A stretch of 55,442 nt of DNA, counting the filler, from Ionaspis alba (lineage: Eukaryota): assembly GCA_964255285.1 (NCBI GenBank). It is 4 parts of 4 records of this genome, joined end to end, with 100 filler letters (N's around TTAATTAATTAA, not from the genome) between each part and the next. Parts side by side here need not be neighbours in the genome. Positions count along the whole stretch, not along the records: positions 41,693 to 55,442 come from CAXUUL010000451.1; 3 more parts are not named here. The stretch is one strand, 5' to 3'. The position numbers were made by a program, and so were the translations under genes. Below the pieces are notes generated by a model. It did not search any database, had not been told where the DNA came from, and worked only from the letters and a program-made list of their open reading frames with translations. Shown here in pieces: positions 48,804 through 55,442 of the stretch. The stretch's first letter is position 1; each line of letters begins with the position of its first letter.

Positions 48804-50499
48804 TCAGAACGCCCGCCCTTCTTCCGCTATCTTCCCACTCACGCCTCTCATTCGAGCTCCATCACGCAGTCCATTGTCTGCCCCTGAGCTTACCACTCTG
48901 CCATCCCTGACCATTCCTCGATGCATATCACCATAGAACCGAGCTTTGCTACTGACCACACCCATTCCTCCACTACGGCTTGAATAGTTCTTTTCAGATG
49001 TGATAGAGCTGTTTCCCGACCTCGACGTGAGTGCTCTTTGCTCGACTGGTCTCCGACCATCCCAATTAATTGGAGGCGTAGGAGGGTTCATCTCCAGTGG
49101 CCGCATGGTGGCACCCGTGAAATCGAACTTGTTTGGTTTTGGCGAGGCGTTTGAATTGCGTAGATGCTGAAACTCGGGCGGCGCAACGTGAAGCTCCGGC
49201 GATGGCGAAGGCGAGGGATAAGTGATCCAATTCTCATCAACTGGAGACACGGAAGGAGGTCGAGCTGAACCTGGACGGCTGTTTCTCCGAGACTTCGCGT
49301 GGAGCGATGCTCTTGAAGGTGAACGACTGGTGTATTTGACGAAGTCCGCCATGGAAGAGCGCTCGGAGAATGGCTGCTCATAGATCGTTTGCGTGAGGTC
49401 TACCTGAGAACGCTCTGGAGAACGATCTGGCGAATGTGCCTCCGAGAGATCTATTTGAGACTCACGATTGCTGGTGTTCAAGTTGCGTTGAGAAGGCACA
49501 CTAGAGGAAGAGTCTGTACGAGTGTGCAGAAAAGGTATTTTGCGAGGCGGTCCGATAAGAGGATCGGAGAGATGAGAGTTACGATTGCTGTTAGCTTCTG
49601 TGGCGCTCATAGAAAGTGAAGATTTGTTGCGTTTGTGGCGAGATGTCAGGTTATCCTCCAAAGGATTCATATCAGGCGGAAGCCTAGAGATCTTTCGAAA
49701 GACGAGAGCAAGATATACCGATATGCAGAGAGATACTAGGTGAAGGCCTCCATTGGTGATGGTGATGAGAAAAAGCGAATATATGATTTTGTACCTATCA
49801 TCGGGCCTGTCAGCACCAAACAGAGTCGTCCATCCATCTGGCGAGTCGCTGCTTTGCGTATATTGTGAGCGCGAAATCAATGCCGTAAATACAAAAAACG
49901 GTATCAGGCCTGCGTCCATGATAGCGGAGAAGAGCATGTAGCTAGCGGACGATGCGGGAGTTCGGCCCTTGGAGGATCGCATCAGGTGGTAGACGGCATA
50001 GACGGTGTGCATAATAGCAACTCCAGGCTGCAATCCTCAGTGTTTGATCGTGTGACAAGAACTACCCAACTCACTGGTACTCTGATAATCCATCCCAGAG
50101 TCCCATCTGTCCCCTTGATGCAAATCACACAGACCAACATGCCCAGTGCCCCAAGGAGCGCGCAGATGCGCAACAATAGTAGCAGTATTCTTGTCCATTT
50201 GACATATATTTTTGTATTTGGGCTCATCGACTTCCAATTGAGGTTCCCATAGGGTCTGTTTATGATCGCAATAAGCATTGAATGCATTGACTGGGAGGGG
50301 CGTCTGACATGATGAAGTAGGAATCAGGATGCCTGTTGAATTCCCTCGCATTGATCAATGGACCATCTTGCTTCGGTCTTGGTGCTCGAGGTGTCAGGCT
50401 TGCTTGCGAAACGGCCTTCGGGTTGAAACCCCTCTCTGTTGGACCAGAGAACGAATACTTGGAGGGATGGTCGTAGAGGAACGGCGGTTCGACCCCCAT
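48804..50499 (-). CDS. Conserved fungal four-TM membrane protein with Ser/Pro/Arg-rich cytoplasmic tail
   Basis: Exons MGVEPPFLYDHPSKY..FNRHPDSY, hydrophobic segments LRICALLGALGMLVCVICI, MLFSAIMDAGLIPFFVF and LHLVSLCISVYLALVF, then RKISRLPPDMNPLEDNLT. Confidence 0.75.
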
Positions 50500-50758
50500 A
50501 TCTATACACAGTAATCTAATATATTGTATAGACAAAGCATGAAAGGGTTTATTCAATAAATGGCCCTCAACAAGAGTGAAGAAGATATGTAACAAGGATG
50601 TATGGTTTGGAGCGTATAAGTGTTTGGCCTAATCGGAGGGCTCCCTCCAAGTAAAGGTTGTGCTGCATTGTCCGGGCAACAATCAGTAGCGACCCCTTGG
50701 AGCGCCACTATCAACGCCATCATGATAGATTTGCCATGCTCAATGTGTTTGACCACTA

Positions 50759-52364
50759 ATGATCGTTCGACATGCCACAACCGTAGGCAGTAAACAGGGA
50801 GTGCGATGGAGTCAACGTTCCCCCTTCCTCCCGTCGGTGTCGCAGGCTCTCTGGAAACGGTACAATAGCAATGTGGTCAAGAGTCAGAGACCCTTCAGGG
50901 TCGCCGTCATCGGATCAGGACCGGCGGGATTCTACAGCGCCTCAGAGGTGATAAACAAGGTGGAAAATGCTACCGTCGACATGTATGAGCAGCTGCCAGT
51001 GCCGTTTGGACTAGTGAGGTTCGGCGTGGCGCCAGATCATCCAGAAGTCAAGGTCGGCAAAACGCTGTTCATCGTCAGGGATGATACATAGCTGACAGCA
51101 ATATTGTTAGAACTGCCGAGACAAATTTACAGAGGTCGCCGAATCTCCAAACTTCACATTTATCGGCAACGTCGATGTTGGCAACTCCATACCCCTCTCC
51201 GTCCTCGAGCCACATTATGACGCCTTTATCTTTGCTTACGGCGCCTCGAAAGACCGCCAGCTTGGAATTCCAGGAGAGAAAAACTTGAGTGGTGTCTACT
51301 CTGCGCGCGCCTTCGTCGGCTGGTACAATGGCCTGCCAGAGTACTCCGATTTCTCCCCCGATCTCTCTGGCGAGGAAGCAGTTATCATAGGCCAAGGCAA
51401 TGTCGCTCTAGACATTGCTCGCATGCTCCTCAGCAATCAGGACCGCTTGTGTAGAACAGACATTACCGCTCGAGCCAAGTATGCTCTCCGCAAGAACCAA
51501 GTCAAACGTGTTCACGTGGTCGGGAGAAGAGGGCCTCTACAAGCATCCTTCACTATTAAAGAGGTCCGCGAACTCATGACTTTGCAAAACACCGCATTCT
51601 ATCCCCTCGACCGGTCTCTCTTTCCTCCAGATGTCTCGGCGCTTCCCCGCGCCAAGAAACGATTGTCGCAGCTCCTCCTGAAAGGTTCTGAAACTCCCGT
51701 ACCAGCGCCAAAATGCTGGTGGCTTGACTTCTGCCTGTCTCCTACATCTTTCAATAGCTTACCAGCCGCACCAGGCAAACTTAGTTCGACGACCTTCGCA
51801 AAAACCGCCCTTCAAGGTCCTGATCCCTTTGCTCCGAACGCCAGAATCAATCTCACAGACGAAACCGTAACCATTCCATCCGCCGTTGCTTTCAAAAGCA
51901 TCGGCTACAAGTCGGAAGCTATACCGGGAATGGCTGACCTCGGGATCCCTTTCGACGAAGAGAAGGGTATCGTTCCCAATGACGGGTCCGGCCGGGTCCT
52001 AGCTCCTTCACCCGACTCTGACAATAGTACGCTGAGCCATGTACCCAAAATGTACTGCGCTGGCTGGGTTAAACGTGGACCGACCGGTGTGATTGCTAGA
52101 ACTATGGATGACGCGTTTGAGACTGCAGAGGCGGTTGCTATGGATTGGAGTCTGCAGCAGCAGGAGGGCTCCGCTGAAGCTTCGCAGGTGGAGAAAGGGG
52201 GGTGGGACGCTGTCCGGAGTGATTTACAGAGACAACCTCTGAGGCCCGTGAGCTGGAAACAATGGGAGAAAATTGACAGTGCGGAGAGGGAGAGGGGACG
52301 CAATATGGGAAAGGAGAGAGAAAAGTTCGAAACAGTGGACGAGATGCTGGCCGTCCTGAGTTGA
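50759..52364 (+). CDS. ARH1: Mitochondrial NADPH:adrenodoxin oxidoreductase
   Basis: VAVIGSGPAGFY, PFGLVRFGVAPDHPEVK/NC (intron 51053-51110), AVIIGQGNVALDIAR, VGRRGP, GWVKRGPTGVI. Confidence 0.95.
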
Positions 52365-52571
52365 ACCAATCTTCCGTATGCTCGCTCGTCACCGGTTTGA
52401 GAGGACACTCGAACCACTCATAAGTGACCCTACAGACAGTAGTTGTCCCAAATGTCAGGGCTCCCATGATGCTAGGCGGTCAATATATTCCTAATCTATA
52501 TGCTTTACGCATAATCATAAAATGTGTCCCAAAACATTGGACGTAACGCGACACCAAGCCCAGAGCTTCGT

Positions 52572-54623
52572 CTAAGCTGGCCGTTCCAGTTCGCTCATTC
52601 TCGCTTTCGCCTTCGTAACATGATCATGCCTGATACTCCACAGACTTACAATAACACCCACCAGACTCGCACCAAACGCTATCCAATACGCCGTGCTGTA
52701 GCACTTCAAGCCATCCGGACAATTACGGTGACCGTCAGGGCCAATACTCGAGTGATGATCATAAATAGCGCCATAAACAAGATTGAAAACATTACCGGAG
52801 AAAACAGGTGCCATAGTCATGAAGCCCCAGTTTTGTGAAAGACCGAGGACGCCGAATGTCTCGGCCACGAGGGCTGGGTAGACGCCGAAAAGGAATCCAT
52901 ATGCCACTAGAAACGATCAGCCAGCCCGCAAGATACAAGGAAATACTCAATCATCCAACGTACATCCTGTCAATCCTGAGACGAATATTAAGTGGTTAGG
53001 GTTTTCAATTCGAGCTCCACAAACTTGGGCCACGCAGAAGATACTGCTGGATATGAAGAGACACCAAAAGCGGCTCATATGCAACTTCTTTACTATCAAG
53101 TCGGAGCCGATGCCTGCGATGGAGAATTTTAGCATCATGCTACGTAGACTTGTAAGGGGTGTCTGACCACTGAGAAGTCGACCAAAGAAGCTGAAGACGG
53201 ACAAGTTTGATACGTGCATGAGCTGACGTCGTTGAATCCATCCAGGCGTGGCGCTATCATCATAATGACTCCAAAGTGCTTGAGCCTGTTGGTCGGTCAG
53301 TATACGCATAGCGGAAAAGGATAGACTGTTACTACGTCGTTTCCGATATTGCTAAGTATTTGGTAAGCTATCTCGCATGACCACAAGCATTCAGACTTAC
53401 TTAATCGTCATCAACCCTATTCCTGTCAATAGTCCCAGCATAAGCCACAGCTGCCAAAATTCGACTTTTGACAGTAGTGCGACTCCTCGAATATCTAGTT
53501 GATGTGGATCGTGAGCTACGGTGTCGCCCTTCCCAGAAGCGTCTTCAATGTCCCCAGGACCAGACATCGAAGATTTAGACATCAATGAGGAAGTTTCATC
53601 TGTGTCCGGATTAGGGACCTCAGGTTCCTCGCAACAATTACCCGACTGCGTGGACAAATCGCTCGAACATGAAGTGTAATCGCTATGTGCTGCTTGATGC
53701 GTACCTGGTTCTGGCGAGTGCTCTCGTCTGTGGTGCTTGCTGTCTCCAGACTTGGTACGGTGCAGTGGATTTGAATCGTTTCGAATAAGGCCATCGCGCG
53801 TAGGTACTGCTGAGTATCCAGTGATATGCGGGACGACCCGGAGAATAAATGATGGGAAGAATATCATGCAAAATGCTCCGACCGATAATAATATGAGAAA
53901 GTTTGAAGTGTTATTGGGGAAGGCAAAAATTGATATCGTAGAGAAGAAAAAGGCGCTGAGACCGAAAGCGGAGAGAGGGAATGCTGTAGCTGTTCCTCTA
54001 TGGCCAGGCCAGTTCAGAACAGCTAGAACTATATCAACGCCATTGTGCTAACTCATACGGCGAGGATTCTTACACGTTTTGATGGATCCAGAAAATGCAG
54101 CACAGCCCCCACAACCGGTCATAAACATGAACAAGCACAGCCAAGGGAGGGCGATAGATCCAGCTCCGCTCTCATAAGCTGAGAAGCATCAGTTTCGTTC
54201 AGGCTTGAGGCGTCTTATGTCGAGTCTTACCTCTATGCAGAGAATAGTAGCCCGTGCCAAGCATGACGGACCCGAACAGTACACCAGGTTTCGCACCCTT
54301 TGCATCGACGAGGAGGCCAACTGGTATTCCAGATGCGTACATGCCAATATTACCGCATACCCCCTGGAGCCGTTAGCATCGGAGACATGCCCTTGCGGTG
54401 AAGCTGACTTACTATTAAATTGCTTTGGGTCGAAGACAATTTCATATGCGCCGCAAATTGTGGTGCCCATGCCGAGTAGGCATACTATAGACGACCAGCA
54501 TCAACAAAGCTCCGAATCGATCACTGTCATGTGATAACATACATTTGTGCCACAAGCTAACGATATGATCGTGGCTGCAACTACGGACAATATCCTCGTC
54601 CTCCTCTTGGCTCTTTCAGACAT
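52572..54623 (-). CDS. MFS transporter, MCH1/nodulin-like family
   Basis: RILSVVAATIISLACGTN, NWPGHRGTATAFPLSAFGLSAFFF, LGLLTGIGLMTI, FSFFGRLLSG, AYGFLFGVYPALVAETFG, NWGFMTMAPVFSGNVFNLVYGAIYD; multiple introns. Confidence 0.88.
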
Positions 54624-55088
54624 CTCCGTAGCCGCTCAGCACAATTACACTTTCAAACAGAACCAAATACTACCGCAAGCTCATTTTCGAGGGGAGAAAG
54701 TGGGCGAGCGAAAGTACCGCGGAAGTCCGGCTGATAAGAAGAATCAAGGATAAACGTTTAAGATGAGAAGCTGTTCGTGGGGACGAAGTATTGGACTGAA
54801 GCTTGGTGCAGAAGTTTAGAGTATAGAAGACGCTCTCAAATCAGATTTGTTGAGAATATGAGAAGGCAATTGTGGGGAAATAGATGAGCTGTGAAAGTAA
54901 TGAGATGATTGTTAATACTGCTGATTGTTTGATATCAAACCAATCAACGTCATCTACAACGCCGACCTGTACTAAGCTAGATTAGGCTTGGTACAGCCAC
55001 GCAGCTGCGCATCATAGCCTTCCGCTTCATCATCGGTGCATCAGTTCTACCTAACAGATCAAAGACAGCATCGACGACCCGGCTCACC

Positions 55089-55442
55089 ATGGGTGCTCTA
55101 CTATCCCTTCCGCTGCTCGCTCTTCCGAGCATGGGCACAGTATGTTCTCCATCATCAATTTGAAATGGATAAAATGTTGATCGAGTGATAACCAGCTTGC
55201 TACTTTCGGAGCCTCCTGTTGCGGGGCGGCAACCTGCTCAGCAGTATGCAGCTCCTGTGGAAAGTTCCAAAGCAGGTCAGTACTCTTCTCCCTATACCAT
55301 TATTTAGATCGTTAATATATTTCTAGTATGGCCACTCGCATCGCATATGCCTTCATTCTACTCGTCAACTCCATCCTCTCCTGGCTCATGCTCACACCTT
55401 GGGCGCTGAAGAAGCTTGAACACCTGACTCTCGACTATATGA
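55089..55442 (+). CDS. TMS1: SERINC/TMS1 membrane protein (5' part; runs off the window)
   Basis: MGALLSLPLLALPSMGT / LATFGASCCGAATCSAVCSSCGKFQS / MATRIAYAFILLVNSILSWLMLTPWALKKLEHLTLDY, with two GT-AG introns. Confidence 0.9.

Noticed and set aside
1..55442. tRNA, rRNA, transposon, CRISPR or TPP-riboswitch features
   Set aside because: No T-loop/cloverleaf, transposase or RT motifs, terminal repeats, spacer arrays or riboswitch consensus were recognised by eye; small ncRNAs could have been missed without a covariance-model search.

Overview
Gene-dense, intron-containing DNA from a filamentous ascomycete (Pezizomycotina-type short GT-AG introns with CTRAC/CTAAT branch sites), from a draft assembly with five 100-nt gaps, three carrying an artificial TTAATTAATTAA linker. 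About 21 protein-coding genes can be reconstructed by hand. Most are conserved housekeeping genes: GDE1, PRMT5/Skb1, an arylsulfotransferase-like protein, an AKR7-like reductase, GIS2/CNBP, an F-box protein, SAE2/Ctp1, a VOC protein, QTRT2, MET12-type MTHFR, CYK3, IDH2, ARH1, an MCH1-like MFS transporter and TMS1/SERINC. The standout is an accessory island between CYK3 and IDH2. It holds a head-to-head pair of a fungal gasdermin-like gene (RCD-1/HET-Q1 family, with an F|G site 42 aa from an acidic C-terminus) and an NLR-like CHAT caspase-STAND NTPase gene, followed by a frameshifted ankyrin-repeat remnant; together these look like an inflammasome-like cell-death module. A second unusual gene, fragmented in the ORF track, splices into a Pro/Tyr-repeat + patatin phospholipase + tandem ZZ-like zinc-finger protein. 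Smaller findings are a 4-nt microexon in the GDE1 active-site motif, a candidate poison acceptor in the GIS2 intron, two GC-AG introns, MCB boxes before SAE2, and a possible eIF4E-binding motif in an uncharacterised protein. All family calls are from motif recognition by eye; no database searches were run.
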